Shown piece after piece: positions 17,821 through 28,776 of a DNA stretch of 64,000 nucleotides. The stretch's first letter is position 1. Each line of letters opens with the position of its first letter. The notes beneath the pieces are model-generated. The model saw only the letters and a program-made list of their open reading frames with translations. It did no database searches and was not told where the DNA came from. A program made the position numbers and the translations under genes. The DNA comes from an uncultured virus (IMG/VR IMGVR_UViG_3300042554_001855) (lineage: Duplodnaviria; Heunggongvirae; Uroviricota; Caudoviricetes), in the IMG/VR virus record IMGVR_UViG_3300042554_001855, positions 1 through 64,000 of that record, one strand, 5' to 3'.

Positions 17821-18030
17821 TTAGTTGTTATCCTGACCATAAATTGCCAGGTCAGCATACTCAATCTGCTCAGGGTCAAGTTGAGCGGTGACAACTTCCA
17901 ACACGTTCATAAACTCTTGAACAGTCTCACACTCCACCAGACGCTCACTACCCTGGTCGCTGAGAAGAAGGAAGGTGCGGGTGCAGACATCAATCACAAT
18001 GCCTTGAACGGTCTCTTGTGCAATGCTCAT
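17821..18030 (-). CDS. conserved cyanophage hypothetical protein
   Basis: 69 aa ORF downstream of a consensus promoter. Confidence 0.75.
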   Translation of the reverse strand: MSIAQETVQGIVIDVCTRTFLLLSDQGSERLVECETVQEFMNVLEVVTAQLDPEQIEYADLAIYGQDNN

Positions 18031-18055
18031 TTGGTGTTCCGTTGATTACCCCCAT

Positions 18056-18107
18056 ATTATAGGGCAGATGGGGGCGGGTGTCAAGTGTGCCAGTTTAAAA
18101 AGTGGTT
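18056..18107 (-). promoter_or_regulatory. sigma70-type promoter with palindromic box, probably driving the small genes and tRNAs
   Basis: TTGACA-N17-TATAAT (18056-18084) plus CCACTT-TTTA-AACTGGCAC. Confidence 0.8.
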
Positions 18108-18651
18108 ACAGATCTAAAAGAACTCTTAAATCTTCTACAGTCAGACCAAGATTTCTCAGTTTTTCTTGAGGAGTAACTGGATTTGCTTCAACAACAGACC
18201 AACCAGACTCAGAACTTTCTGATGCTGCAGAAATAGTATCTCCAGTTTCAGCATTCCAAACTAAAGTATAATTTTCTGTATGAAATGGTGGTGGAGTTCT
18301 AGTTGCATTTTCTGGAGCAACTACTGGATTTGGATTGGCGATAACTGTTCCCAGAGTATCTGGATTTGTTGAATAATACATTCCACTCAGGTCATCAACC
18401 TGATTCCAGACTTGATTTTCTTCATCAAAAACTCGAACTTTACCCAATTCTGGTTCAGGAGCTTCAATACATGTGGAATGTGCTGGAGCAAGATACATAT
18501 TATGCTCTAGTGGGTCCTTTTTAGCTTCAGTTTTTGATATGAAAAATTTAAAATCAGCATCATAATTATAAATTGGGCAACTGTTTGCATAGGGCAAATC
18601 AAAAATATGCTCAACACCATCTGCGGTTCTACATGTGACAGTATAAGACAT
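18106..18651 (-). CDS. tail fibre assembly (Tfa-like) protein
   Basis: YLAPAHSTCIEAPEPELGKVRVFDEENQVWNQVDDLSG resembles lambda Tfa; follows a fibre gene. Confidence 0.65.
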   Translation of the reverse strand: MSYTVTCRTADGVEHIFDLPYANSCPIYNYDADFKFFISKTEAKKDPLEHNMYLAPAHSTCIEAPEPELGKVRVFDEENQVWNQVDDLSGMYYSTNPDTLGTVIANPNPVVAPENATRTPPPFHTENYTLVWNAETGDTISAASESSESGWSVVEANPVTPQEKLRNLGLTVEDLRVLLDL

Positions 18652-18682
18652 CTTTAATATAAAATAGTATCTTTACGATTAT

Positions 18683-21298
18683 TTATGTCTTTATACAGGG
18701 TAGTAACGCATAGTTTCTTGGTCTTGTTTCATTACCAAAGTTACCGCCATTTGTAGCATTGGGAGATCCACTCTCAATATTTGTTAGTGTTCCTGTCAAT
18801 GTCGCAGTTCTTGGAATAGCATTAGTTCCACTATTGCTATACGTTGGAATATTATGAGTGTGAGTTTGATATTGGTGATCTTGGAAACTAGCAAAAGTAC
18901 GACCAGTATCAACAGATGAAGTATTTGCCCAACCTCTGATGAAATTTCCTCTTAAATCTGGAATATTAAAAGTGCTCACTCCGTTTCCCGCACCCCAGGT
19001 TGTTCCAATAGCAGTAAAGAGAACATTATAAAGTCCTCTAGAAACAGCAGATCCGTCACACTCCAAATATCCACTTGGAGCAGTGTTTTTTGCAAACCAA
19101 AGAACAACTCCAGCGGCGACTGTTCCAGACCCAGCTTCTGTACCTTGAATACCTTGAATGCCCTGGATACCTTGAATACCTTGACCACCAACGAATCCAC
19201 TAATTCCCTGGTTTCCTTGCAAACCCTGAACACCCTGAGGTCCAATATTACCCTGAATACCTTGGTTTCCAGTTCCATTAATACCCTGGATGCCTTGCTC
19301 ACCCTGGATACCTTGAATTCCCTGGATACCTTGAGAACCTAGGTCACCTCTAATTCCTTGGACACCTTGACGACCTTGAATACCCTGAGTTCCCTGAGAT
19401 CCTACACCATTGTCACCTTGAATACCTTGGCGACCTTGAATACCTTGCTCACCTTGAAGTCCTTGAGCCCCTTGATTTCCATTATTACCTTGGATACCCT
19501 GACGACCTTGAATACCTTGAATACCTTGGAGACCCTGAACACCCTGAACACCCTGGAGACCTTGTTCCCCCTGGACTCCCTGAAGACCCTGGTTACCTTG
19601 TGGTCCAAAGTCTCCCTGAATACCCTGCAAACCTTGCCCACCAGTTCCACCAGTAGCACCTCCAGTTCCCTGGAAACCTTGAATACCTTGTCTTCCTTGG
19701 TTACCCTGCGCTCCAGTTTCACCTTGAACACCTTGGCGTCCTTGAATACCTTGCTCACCCTGGATACCTTGAACACCCTGGATTCCCTGACGACCCTGAA
19801 CACCTTGATATCCCTGAATACCTTGAATACCCTGGATACCTTGAATACCTTGATTACCAGCACCACCTATCTGTCCGCTGATGCCTTGAATACCTTGAGC
19901 GCCTTGAGCACCGTCATTACCCTGAATACCTTGACGACCTTGAATACCTTGGTTACCTTGGTTACCTTGGAAACCTTGAAGACCTTGGTTTCCTTGAGGT
20001 CCTTGAGCACCTTGAGTTCCTGGACCACCACCAATACCTTGAAGACCTTGGAATCCTTGGAATCCTTGGAATCCTTGTGGTCCCGCTGTTCCCTGAGTTC
20101 CTTGACGACCCTGAGAACCCTGAACACCTTGGTTTCCTTGAATACCTTGGACACCCTGGAAAGATGCATCATTAATACTGATTTTCTTTACATCATCCGC
20201 AGAAAAATCATAAACTAGTAATAAATCTTGAAGTCCATCAGCACCAGTAATGAGTTGTTGCTCAGTAATTGCTTTTTTACTTACTCTTCCATCAAACAAA
20301 GTCGCCGTAATAATTCCAGAAGAAAATGTGTTTCCATAGATGGAAAAGTCTGCTCCAACTCCTAAGGTTGAAGTTCCAATACCAACTTTGCGGAAGGTTG
20401 AAATTCCAAGGAATGTAGAAACACCTGTTACTAACAATTCTTTGATTGTAACTGGTCCAGCAAATCCAGAACTACCTACAACGTCAAAAACAAATCTTGG
20501 AGTTGTTGAACCTAGACCAACTCTTTGATTTGTATAATCATACCAAAAATTAGTTGCACCATCTACTAATCCAGCAGTTCCATGAAACTGAATTTGTCCG
20601 ATTGTACCACCAGCACCAGATAGTGTTGCAGATTGAGATTGCCATTCAATACCAGTGATTGTCCTAATTAAAACCTCTCCTGGATTTCCTGGGTCATTGG
20701 TTGAGTCATAAATTGTTCCAGAAACTCTTACATCACCTTGAACGTGCAACTCCTGTGATGGGCTGGGAGTATTAATTCCAACATATCCCTCGGCAGTTGT
20801 CTTAATGATTGTTCCACCAATACCAACATGGAAGTAATGCCCGATGGTCATTATTCCAGTTACATTGTCAAAAAGCAAATATGGAGAAGCAGCAAAGGAT
20901 CCATCATTATTAAAGATTATCTCATTATCATTCCCTGGAGGACTAATTGTAATTGTAGAAATTGTCCCGAAGTTATTTGCAGTTACATTGACAATATTTC
21001 CGACAAAATTTAACTTATTAATACTATTTCCTGTACCAACAATCGATCCTTCTTCAAAAACTGAAATACCTGTAACAATTCCAGCAGGAGGAACTTGCCA
21101 ATATCTATCATATTGACCGCCATTTTCAAAAGTTACAAGATTATAATAGTAATCCTTTACAGGCAAAGCCCTCTCACCTGGATATCCAAGATTGGGTTCT
21201 GCCTCTTCTGGACTAAGAAATACGTGTCTATCTGTACTTAATCCAGAGAAGGGTGTTAATTTTTGCTTCCCGCTTAAATATCTTTGCTTATTCCCCAT
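18683..21298 (-). CDS. collagen-like tail fibre with C-terminal phage tail collar domain
   Basis: Long (G-X-Q)n tract; GVVLWFA...PSGYLECDGSAVSR...FNIPDLRGNFIRG collar motif. Confidence 0.85.
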   Translation of the reverse strand: MGNKQRYLSGKQKLTPFSGLSTDRHVFLSPEEAEPNLGYPGERALPVKDYYYNLVTFENGGQYDRYWQVPPAGIVTGISVFEEGSIVGTGNSINKLNFVGNIVNVTANNFGTISTITISPPGNDNEIIFNNDGSFAASPYLLFDNVTGIMTIGHYFHVGIGGTIIKTTAEGYVGINTPSPSQELHVQGDVRVSGTIYDSTNDPGNPGEVLIRTITGIEWQSQSATLSGAGGTIGQIQFHGTAGLVDGATNFWYDYTNQRVGLGSTTPRFVFDVVGSSGFAGPVTIKELLVTGVSTFLGISTFRKVGIGTSTLGVGADFSIYGNTFSSGIITATLFDGRVSKKAITEQQLITGADGLQDLLLVYDFSADDVKKISINDASFQGVQGIQGNQGVQGSQGRQGTQGTAGPQGFQGFQGFQGLQGIGGGPGTQGAQGPQGNQGLQGFQGNQGNQGIQGRQGIQGNDGAQGAQGIQGISGQIGGAGNQGIQGIQGIQGIQGYQGVQGRQGIQGVQGIQGEQGIQGRQGVQGETGAQGNQGRQGIQGFQGTGGATGGTGGQGLQGIQGDFGPQGNQGLQGVQGEQGLQGVQGVQGLQGIQGIQGRQGIQGNNGNQGAQGLQGEQGIQGRQGIQGDNGVGSQGTQGIQGRQGVQGIRGDLGSQGIQGIQGIQGEQGIQGINGTGNQGIQGNIGPQGVQGLQGNQGISGFVGGQGIQGIQGIQGIQGTEAGSGTVAAGVVLWFAKNTAPSGYLECDGSAVSRGLYNVLFTAIGTTWGAGNGVSTFNIPDLRGNFIRGWANTSSVDTGRTFASFQDHQYQTHTHNIPTYSNSGTNAIPRTATLTGTLTNIESGSPNATNGGNFGNETRPRNYALLPCIKT
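19140..20160 (-). repeat. degenerate 9-bp coding repeat (CAA/CAG GGT NNN) encoding a collagen-like tract
   Basis: accttgaat/accctgaac-type repeats on the + strand. Confidence 0.9.
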
Positions 21299-21300
21299 AA

Positions 21301-21963
21301 TTATGATGTACTATTCTCTAGGATACTTGCAATAAATTCCATTTGAAGTGGGGCAACCAATCCACCACTAACATATGTATGTACGATTCCATTAGCACTT
21401 CCTACTGTAGTGGTAAATGTTCTAGAAGTACCAACACTATTCACAATACTATCAACGACAAATGATGATTGGGGGGATGGGAAAATTGTTGTAGTGATTC
21501 CAGACCCTGAAGGGCATGTCATAGCAATACCTGACATGGTAATTGGGTCATTTGGAGAGAACCCATGAGGAGTTAGTGTAGTAACCGTTGCAACTCCTGT
21601 AGGTTCGTAGTACTGAACATTTGTAATTGTTACAATTCCAGTTTGAACTGCATTAATGTAAAGTGAATCTAGTTTAATTGCGTCTTTTTCTAAAACTAGA
21701 CGACCATCAACCAAAACAACTGCATCATTTGGAGGAATTTGAATATCTTTAATGATACGAATATCTCTCGTGTTACCTGTGCTTCTTGATTCTCGACGAT
21801 GCCAGAAAGTTACGGTTGGATATGTTGCACCAATACCAACATTCGAAACTTGAGCAAACAAAAGAATGGAAGAAACTCCAGTTGGAACTTCATATAACTT
21901 TTGAGTCCCTGGAGCAACAGGAACTGCAACTGTTAAAAACTTATTGACTGGTGCGACTGCCAT
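21301..21963 (-). CDS. virion structural protein
   Basis: 220 aa beta-rich ORF in the structural operon. Confidence 0.7.
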   Translation of the reverse strand: MAVAPVNKFLTVAVPVAPGTQKLYEVPTGVSSILLFAQVSNVGIGATYPTVTFWHRRESRSTGNTRDIRIIKDIQIPPNDAVVLVDGRLVLEKDAIKLDSLYINAVQTGIVTITNVQYYEPTGVATVTTLTPHGFSPNDPITMSGIAMTCPSGSGITTTIFPSPQSSFVVDSIVNSVGTSRTFTTTVGSANGIVHTYVSGGLVAPLQMEFIASILENSTS

Positions 21964-21964
21964 A

Positions 21965-24900
21965 TTATCTTAACGCTAGAATGAGTGGGGTAACTTCTGC
22001 TTGAATTGCTCTACTAAAATCTCGACCTCTAATTGTTGATGTTGTTTGGTCAATTGTGATTCCTTCACCAATTTTAAAGTTTCCTGCCTGGTCAGTACTC
22101 GTAAATGGTATTCTTGCACCATTAATAGCTACGATTTCATTCTCAGGTATTGGAATTCCACCTTGGAATGGGTTCGCTCTATTTATGTTAACACCTGTAC
22201 CAATATATTCAAATGAGTGAGTACTTGTTAAAATTCTGCTAATTCTAAAAGTTTCAATTGAAGTGCCAGCACCAATACTGTAGGGAACAAACTGACTCAA
22301 AGTAATTGTTGTAATCCCACTAACTGGTATTGGTTCTGTTGCTTCGGCAACATCATAGAAAATTGGTTCACTAATTGCAGTTGCAATTGCTCCTCCTCCA
22401 CCACCAATTGTAATTACAATTTCTTGATTTGGTAGATAATTTCTACCACTGTTTGTAACATCAATTGAAGTTATTGTACCTGCAGCACTTACGTTTGCAC
22501 TACCTTCAGCAGTAATTCCTTCTGGACCAAGAGGCGAAGAAATCGTAATAGCTGGTGGAGAAGCTGGAGTGTATCCACTTCCTCCATTGAGAATACCAAT
22601 TCGAGAAAGTGTTCTTAATGGCGCAGTAATAATTCCAGTTGCAGGGGTATCGTTATAATCATCAAGATTAATCTTGAAGAAAATTGCTTGTCCATTATAT
22701 GGTCTTCTAGTATTTCCTAAGGTATCAGCAATACCAGCGACTACAAATTGGTCAGTATCTCCACCAATTGTTGATACTGTTGTAACTCCAACGAAATCTA
22801 ATGAACCGACACCATCCGCATAAAGTCCGTATATACCAAATGATGAGTTAGAGTTTGTAAGGTCACATGCACCGCCACTTGCTGCATAAATTGCAATCTT
22901 ACAGTTAATTGTAAAGATGGAAACCAACTGTGCATATCCATTATTAGTGATTGAAACTCCAATACCATTTTCATTATATTGCGTAAAGGAGTCACAAACC
23001 ATACACTTGAGGTCTTGTCCTGGATTATTGACTCCAGTAAATGCTGCACCAACATGCTTCCCATCAATCTTCATGCCAATACTATCGGTCATGAAGTTAG
23101 TGCAGTTACGGATATATGGGGACCTCCATCTTCCGCTTGGACCTTCGTTACATGGTCCTGGATCTAAGAATCCAGACCTTGCACTTGCAATACCTGCTGG
23201 TGGTGGGAATGCTACAGCAGCACCTCTAATTGTCAATGGAGCATTATCATCAAAAGGATCTGGAGCATAAGCAAAGTTGATGTTCTCAATTAAACATCCT
23301 CTTCTTACATAGAAAACATCATCATCATGTTGTGGATAGATGGTAACAAGACGTAAATCCTGCCCACTAACACTTACATCTGTTCTAAGACCAATAGGAT
23401 TGTTCTCAGCATAAACTCCAGAACGAATATAAATTGTATCTCCTGGGTTTGCTACTGCTGCTGCAGCACCAATGGTTAGTTTGGCATCACCCTCGGTTCT
23501 TCCGCTATTTTCATCATTACCATACTTCGAAACATATACAATATTCTTCGAATCTGCACCTCTAGGAGCCCAAAAGACTCTACCATTTGGATAAGTAACT
23601 TTTGGAGAAGCAGCAGGACCAACACCAATAATTGTTGTAACGATTCCAGCACAAACATTAATTGCAGAAACAACGTTTGCACACCCATCAGGATCACTAT
23701 TACTACCTCTTTGAGAATCTGGTAGAAGAGAGAAGTCCCTGATTTGTGGAAAAGGTATTGTATAAGAAAGGGTTCTTGTTGCTGGTAGTTGAGTATTTCC
23801 AATACCAGTTGTAACTATTCCAATAAATGATGTAATAGCAGATGCCTGACTTGCACAAGTTGGTGATATTGGATCTGGTAATACGGAACCATCAATATAC
23901 TGAGTAAATGTATTTCTTATGCCAGATATTTTGGTAACAACTTGATTTCTCATTACCTGAATAGCAACATCTCTTGCTTGTTGATAAGCATAGATTGATT
24001 GCTCTTGCTCACCTGCTAATAATCCTGCATTATCAATATAGTATTTGGTTGCGTCATAAACTCTTTCATTACCACCATATGACAAGTTATATGCAATAGC
24101 ATCTAAAATTAACTTGATATCATCAATGCAACTTTGATTACTATTTGGTATGCTAAACAGAGGATAATTATTTAAAACTCTATCAACTGCTTCTGCCGCA
24201 ATAAAATCTTTGTTTAAGAAAATCAAACGAGAAGCATCGGCATATGTTCCATTGATGGGCTCCATCTGATAAGATAGAGGATACAAGGAATTATTAATGA
24301 CATATCTAGAAATTTCCGCTGCTTTTTGAATTGCAGTAATAGATGCTTCTTTAATTGAATATCCATTCACATCAGTCCCAGTGATATGAATTAATGTATT
24401 GCCATTATAATATGATAATCCAGCACCAACCGATCTAGAATTACCACCTCTAGTAATGTCAAAACAAATGGACCTTAGAATATCTTTGATGTCATCTCGA
24501 CAAGAACTATAATTAGAAGTTGATAGTGAAAATGGGGGGTCTTTGTATGAAGTGCTTGTTATGAATCCAACTGCTTCTCCAGCAAGATACTCTAGATTCA
24601 AGCGAATCATATTCGCAGCATCAAAGAATCTAGCAGGAATAACTTGCCCTGTAGTTCCAACACCAACTTGTGTTAATACACTTCTGAAGACTCTGTATTC
24701 ATCAGTTGTATTTTCAGATGTGAATCCTACTTGATTATTTGCATCATATATTGCACCTTGATTGAAGTATATGTCTTTTCTAAAAAGATCGACATCGCGT
24801 GATGGATCTGCAGTTCCTATACCAATTGAACCGATTCCAGTTGTTGTAAATACTGTTCCACCAGCACCAACACCTAACGTTGTCTGTAAAGTTGTTGCAT

Positions 24901-26188
24901 CATCTACATTTAGTGTTGAATCAAACTGAACTGCATCAACAACATCTAAAGTAGATTGCAGATCTGTTGCACCTGTTACATCTAATGTGTCTAATAAATT
25001 AGTTGCACCAGTTACTTCTAAGGTATCAAACAATTCAACAGACTGAAGCACGTCCAATGTGCTGAGTAAAGTTGCTGCTGCACCAACTTGTAAAGTTCCA
25101 AATAAAGTTGTACCAGCACCAACAAATAAGAATTTTTGTATGGATACTCCAGCTCCAACAAAAACATTATTTTGGAACGTCGAGACTCCAATAACTCTAA
25201 AACTACCTGCCATCGTGGCAGCAGCACCAACGTATAATTGATTATCAATTTCTAAGTTTTCTTCTACAAGAACATTTTTTTCAAAAGTTACATCATCTTT
25301 AAATGTAACAATTTGTTCAAATGTTGCTACTCCAACTACACTTAATGGACTTAAGATAGTAGATCCAGAACCTATAACATCAAATCCATCATAAAATACA
25401 CTTCTTTCAAAGAAAGTAGAAACTCCAGATACAGTTAATCTACCATTTAATTTAGTATCACCAGTTACTTCTAATTGATTTTGTGGGTTGGTAAGACCTA
25501 TGCCAACATATGCTGAAGTATTAAGTCCAGCAGGTCTCTTTTCCCAAAAATCTTTAATAACAATATCAGCAATATTGGGGTTATCTACATTAACTTTACC
25601 CTCTACCAATTCAAAAAGACTTCCACCAGAATTAGTGATAAAGTTTAATCCACGGAATGATGATGGTCCAACTAGAACGCCTTCATTATAAACAAAGATA
25701 CCTTCAGTAAAAGATGGTTCAAATTCTACCCATTTAATTCCTTCAGCATCTTTTGATAAGAATCCACCAATAACACCAGGACTATTAGAAGCATCATAAA
25801 GATTTCCATCAATTCTAGCATTACCAATAATATCTAGATTTTGAGTTGGGGCTGTTGTGCCTATTCCAACCCAACCAGCATAGGGTCCATAAGTTACAAC
25901 ATTAAAAACATTATCTCCTGGATTATTTCCAATATAAAATTCTTCAGTAACTGTTAGAATTCCAACTTGAAGTTGTTCTAGTTCTTGTTGAATATCAACA
26001 GGACCAGCAAAAGTTGTTATGCCAGAGAAAAATGCATTTCCAGTAATTGAAATGTCACCGAAAGTTTCTGTTGCTCCTGCTTCAAAATCATAATAAATTT
26101 TGCCATAGACGTATAAGTCCTTATACATCTTGACATCTTCATTAAAGATAGATGGTTTTCCAATAATTGAAAAATCTTCTCCTTCCAT
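21965..26188 (-). CDS. large virion structural/fibre protein with beta-helix and duplicated helical modules
   Basis: 1407 aa; TLDV-type repeats; two DA.....LN....A.EAV...C.DDI...GGN.R modules. Confidence 0.75.
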   Translation of the reverse strand: MEGEDFSIIGKPSIFNEDVKMYKDLYVYGKIYYDFEAGATETFGDISITGNAFFSGITTFAGPVDIQQELEQLQVGILTVTEEFYIGNNPGDNVFNVVTYGPYAGWVGIGTTAPTQNLDIIGNARIDGNLYDASNSPGVIGGFLSKDAEGIKWVEFEPSFTEGIFVYNEGVLVGPSSFRGLNFITNSGGSLFELVEGKVNVDNPNIADIVIKDFWEKRPAGLNTSAYVGIGLTNPQNQLEVTGDTKLNGRLTVSGVSTFFERSVFYDGFDVIGSGSTILSPLSVVGVATFEQIVTFKDDVTFEKNVLVEENLEIDNQLYVGAAATMAGSFRVIGVSTFQNNVFVGAGVSIQKFLFVGAGTTLFGTLQVGAAATLLSTLDVLQSVELFDTLEVTGATNLLDTLDVTGATDLQSTLDVVDAVQFDSTLNVDDATTLQTTLGVGAGGTVFTTTGIGSIGIGTADPSRDVDLFRKDIYFNQGAIYDANNQVGFTSENTTDEYRVFRSVLTQVGVGTTGQVIPARFFDAANMIRLNLEYLAGEAVGFITSTSYKDPPFSLSTSNYSSCRDDIKDILRSICFDITRGGNSRSVGAGLSYYNGNTLIHITGTDVNGYSIKEASITAIQKAAEISRYVINNSLYPLSYQMEPINGTYADASRLIFLNKDFIAAEAVDRVLNNYPLFSIPNSNQSCIDDIKLILDAIAYNLSYGGNERVYDATKYYIDNAGLLAGEQEQSIYAYQQARDVAIQVMRNQVVTKISGIRNTFTQYIDGSVLPDPISPTCASQASAITSFIGIVTTGIGNTQLPATRTLSYTIPFPQIRDFSLLPDSQRGSNSDPDGCANVVSAINVCAGIVTTIIGVGPAASPKVTYPNGRVFWAPRGADSKNIVYVSKYGNDENSGRTEGDAKLTIGAAAAVANPGDTIYIRSGVYAENNPIGLRTDVSVSGQDLRLVTIYPQHDDDVFYVRRGCLIENINFAYAPDPFDDNAPLTIRGAAVAFPPPAGIASARSGFLDPGPCNEGPSGRWRSPYIRNCTNFMTDSIGMKIDGKHVGAAFTGVNNPGQDLKCMVCDSFTQYNENGIGVSITNNGYAQLVSIFTINCKIAIYAASGGACDLTNSNSSFGIYGLYADGVGSLDFVGVTTVSTIGGDTDQFVVAGIADTLGNTRRPYNGQAIFFKINLDDYNDTPATGIITAPLRTLSRIGILNGGSGYTPASPPAITISSPLGPEGITAEGSANVSAAGTITSIDVTNSGRNYLPNQEIVITIGGGGGAIATAISEPIFYDVAEATEPIPVSGITTITLSQFVPYSIGAGTSIETFRISRILTSTHSFEYIGTGVNINRANPFQGGIPIPENEIVAINGARIPFTSTDQAGNFKIGEGITIDQTTSTIRGRDFSRAIQAEVTPLILALR

Positions 26189-26198
26189 CTACTTTACC

Positions 26199-26795
26199 TC
26201 AATTTCCATTGAAAGAGTCTTTTGCAGCATTAAAAAGAAATACTGCTGCCCCACCAAGAATTCCTGCTAAAACATCTGCCCCAACGAAACTACCAGCGAA
26301 GACTTGATTACAAAAATCAATTTTCAATCCTTCAGCAAGATTTCCCTGTTTTGCATTCAGATTAACTTCATTACCATCAAGCAGTGTTTGACCACCAACT
26401 GATTTTAGTGTTAGGTTTCTTCCCGCTTTAATGTCAATATCTTCGGTTGCTTCAAGAGTTATATTTGTTGCTTTAATTCTTACCGCACCATTTCCATCTG
26501 CTTGAATTACAACTTCACCAGTTTTAGATGCAATTAAAACGTCTTGACCTTTAGAACTTTCATTACCATCTCCACCAACTATTTCAATCGTTCTATCATT
26601 ATAAATTGAAAACGTGCCATCCTGTGCAAGGGAAATAGAAGACTTATCTTTATTATCTGTTGTAGAGTAAATTAGATAACTTAAATTTCCCTTATTTCCC
26701 ATTCTAGGATTGTTTGCGTCAATCCTAAACTTTGGTCCAAGACTAATGTGTCTTCTTGCTTCCCAGTTACACTTTTGGGCGGGTCTTTCTGCCAT
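26199..26795 (-). CDS. baseplate spike-associated protein (gp5 C-terminal beta-helix-like)
   Basis: Follows gp5; IKATNITLEATEDIDIKAGRNLTLKS repeats. Confidence 0.55.
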   Translation of the reverse strand: MAERPAQKCNWEARRHISLGPKFRIDANNPRMGNKGNLSYLIYSTTDNKDKSSISLAQDGTFSIYNDRTIEIVGGDGNESSKGQDVLIASKTGEVVIQADGNGAVRIKATNITLEATEDIDIKAGRNLTLKSVGGQTLLDGNEVNLNAKQGNLAEGLKIDFCNQVFAGSFVGADVLAGILGGAAVFLFNAAKDSFNGN

Positions 26796-26796
26796 G

Positions 26797-28776
26797 TTAT
26801 TTCGTAATACAATCTATTTGCTGTTTAACTTCATCTTGATATTCAGGAATGCCCAGGATTGGTCGTATTAATGCTCCCGATCCTGTATCACTAATAACTC
26901 TTATAATTGGTAAGTCGGTAGTTATATTGGTATTTATCGGAGTAGCCTGAACAATTCCTCCCTTATCAATTACTAGATCATATTCTGTGCCGAAATTATC
27001 AGTTGCTATATCACCAACTCGATATCCAGTTCCAGGATTATCAATAACTGTATTAGTTACTGCATAATTTGCAATATCACCAACAGGATAATTTTCACCC
27101 TCAGATACAAGATAAATGGCACTCACTTCTCCAGCATCATTAATTAATGCTCTAGCAACTGCACCATATCCCTGATTACAATTATCTTGAATGGTAACAA
27201 ATGGTGGGAATTGATATCCCGATCCAGGATTAGTGATTTGCACTCCAATGCAACTTCCAGTTGCTTCTGCGCCAAGTCCAACAATTGTTCCCATAAGTGG
27301 CGTAGCTGCTGCGCCAGTCCCACCACCACCAAAAATATTGATAGTAGGAGCACCACAAACTAATGGCGGTCCAGTATAACAACCACCCAAAGCACTCAAT
27401 GGATTACTTACAGCGTCAATAACTTGACCTGTAGTTGATTTAAAGATATCATAAGCATCTGTGAAACTACCTGTCATATCTTGCAAGGTAGAATTGGCAG
27501 TGTTCATAATATTAGAAATCTGAGTAAATGGATCTGCCCCAGACATCATTGGACCACCACCAATCACATATGTTGTTGCAAGATTTGTACATTTGTCTTT
27601 ATTTTGATTACATCCAAAAATAGAACCAATACCTTTAATTGCATCAATTGAACTTCGAATTAAATTGGCAATATTAAGACCTGCAGTTAAAATCTTAGCA
27701 ACTCCACCAATGGCAGCACTTAGTGCATCAGCAATGCCATCAACAATATTATTCAAAAGTGCTCCAACAAATTGATTAGCAGCACAAGAAACAAAGTTTT
27801 TAATATTATCTACTGCAGAATTAACCATCTGCTCAATAACACCCTTCAATCCTTCAATTACTTTTCCAACAACACACCCTAGTGCTTTTTGGAATGCTTT
27901 CACTGGTTTTACCATTGCAGTCTGAGCTGCAACCCCACCCAAGTGAGCTGCTACGGGGTTGCCAGTTATCGCTAAAATTTTTCCAAATACATCTTTATAT
28001 AAAAAGTCTAAACCAGCCTTCATCAATTTGACCATCTCATCACCCAACCATTTGACCGCATTGCCAATCATTTCGTTGCAGTCTTTTAGAATTCCATTAA
28101 TTGCCTCTTTGATTTTTGCTTTTTTCTTCTGTATATTATTCTGTAACTTTCTAATCTTTTTAAGTAGGTTTTCAATTCTGGCAGTTATTTTATCCACTGT
28201 AGTATTCTTACAGGGATTTGCCATAACAATTTTGTCACCAATAACAGAACTTACTGAAACATCTCCAGTTGAAGAAGATGTATCATCTGTTCTAGCAACA
28301 GGAGAAACTTGAGATTTAGGATTGCCAGATTCATTTGATTCATTCGGAACAAGAGTTCCATCTGGTTTAGGAATATTCTCAGTATATCCCGTGAATGGTT
28401 GAAATGGTCCTTTATAATCTTTGCTTACTACGTCCGATGTTTTACCAAATGTTGCTAATATGACGGGGATTTGTGCATTATCACCATCCATAAAGAACCC
28501 GAAAACCACATCACTAGGTTGAAGTGCAACATCTGTAGATTGATTTGCTGCGCCACTTCCAGACGTGGTTGGTATCAGAACTTGAGCCCATGGAAGGTCT
28601 TCATTTTTTAATTCAGATTCATAGAATGGATGATACCCCATAATACGAACACGGTATCTATTACCCCAACCTTCAGCACCTTGTCTATGATAAGGAGCAG
28701 GGGGAATCTGACCAATCCACCAACGGAATCCGTCTCTACCTAGAAAATTACTTTTAAGTAATGATTCATCTATCAT
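26797..28776 (-). CDS. gp5: baseplate hub/central spike gp5-like protein
   Basis: OB-fold motif FRWWIGQI...RYRVRIMGYH...DLPWAQV...VFGFFMDGDNAQIPVI. Confidence 0.85.
   Translation of the reverse strand: MIDESLLKSNFLGRDGFRWWIGQIPPAPYHRQGAEGWGNRYRVRIMGYHPFYESELKNEDLPWAQVLIPTTSGSGAANQSTDVALQPSDVVFGFFMDGDNAQIPVILATFGKTSDVVSKDYKGPFQPFTGYTENIPKPDGTLVPNESNESGNPKSQVSPVARTDDTSSSTGDVSVSSVIGDKIVMANPCKNTTVDKITARIENLLKKIRKLQNNIQKKKAKIKEAINGILKDCNEMIGNAVKWLGDEMVKLMKAGLDFLYKDVFGKILAITGNPVAAHLGGVAAQTAMVKPVKAFQKALGCVVGKVIEGLKGVIEQMVNSAVDNIKNFVSCAANQFVGALLNNIVDGIADALSAAIGGVAKILTAGLNIANLIRSSIDAIKGIGSIFGCNQNKDKCTNLATTYVIGGGPMMSGADPFTQISNIMNTANSTLQDMTGSFTDAYDIFKSTTGQVIDAVSNPLSALGGCYTGPPLVCGAPTINIFGGGGTGAAATPLMGTIVGLGAEATGSCIGVQITNPGSGYQFPPFVTIQDNCNQGYGAVARALINDAGEVSAIYLVSEGENYPVGDIANYAVTNTVIDNPGTGYRVGDIATDNFGTEYDLVIDKGGIVQATPINTNITTDLPIIRVISDTGSGALIRPILGIPEYQDEVKQQIDCITK

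Noticed and set aside
19145..20218. TLN-repeat plus-strand ORFs and KVF-repeat alternate-frame ORFs
   Set aside because: Frame artefacts of the 9-bp collagen repeat
9016..26188. Diversity-generating retroelement acting on fibre genes
   Set aside because: No reverse transcriptase and no template/variable repeat pair seen in this window
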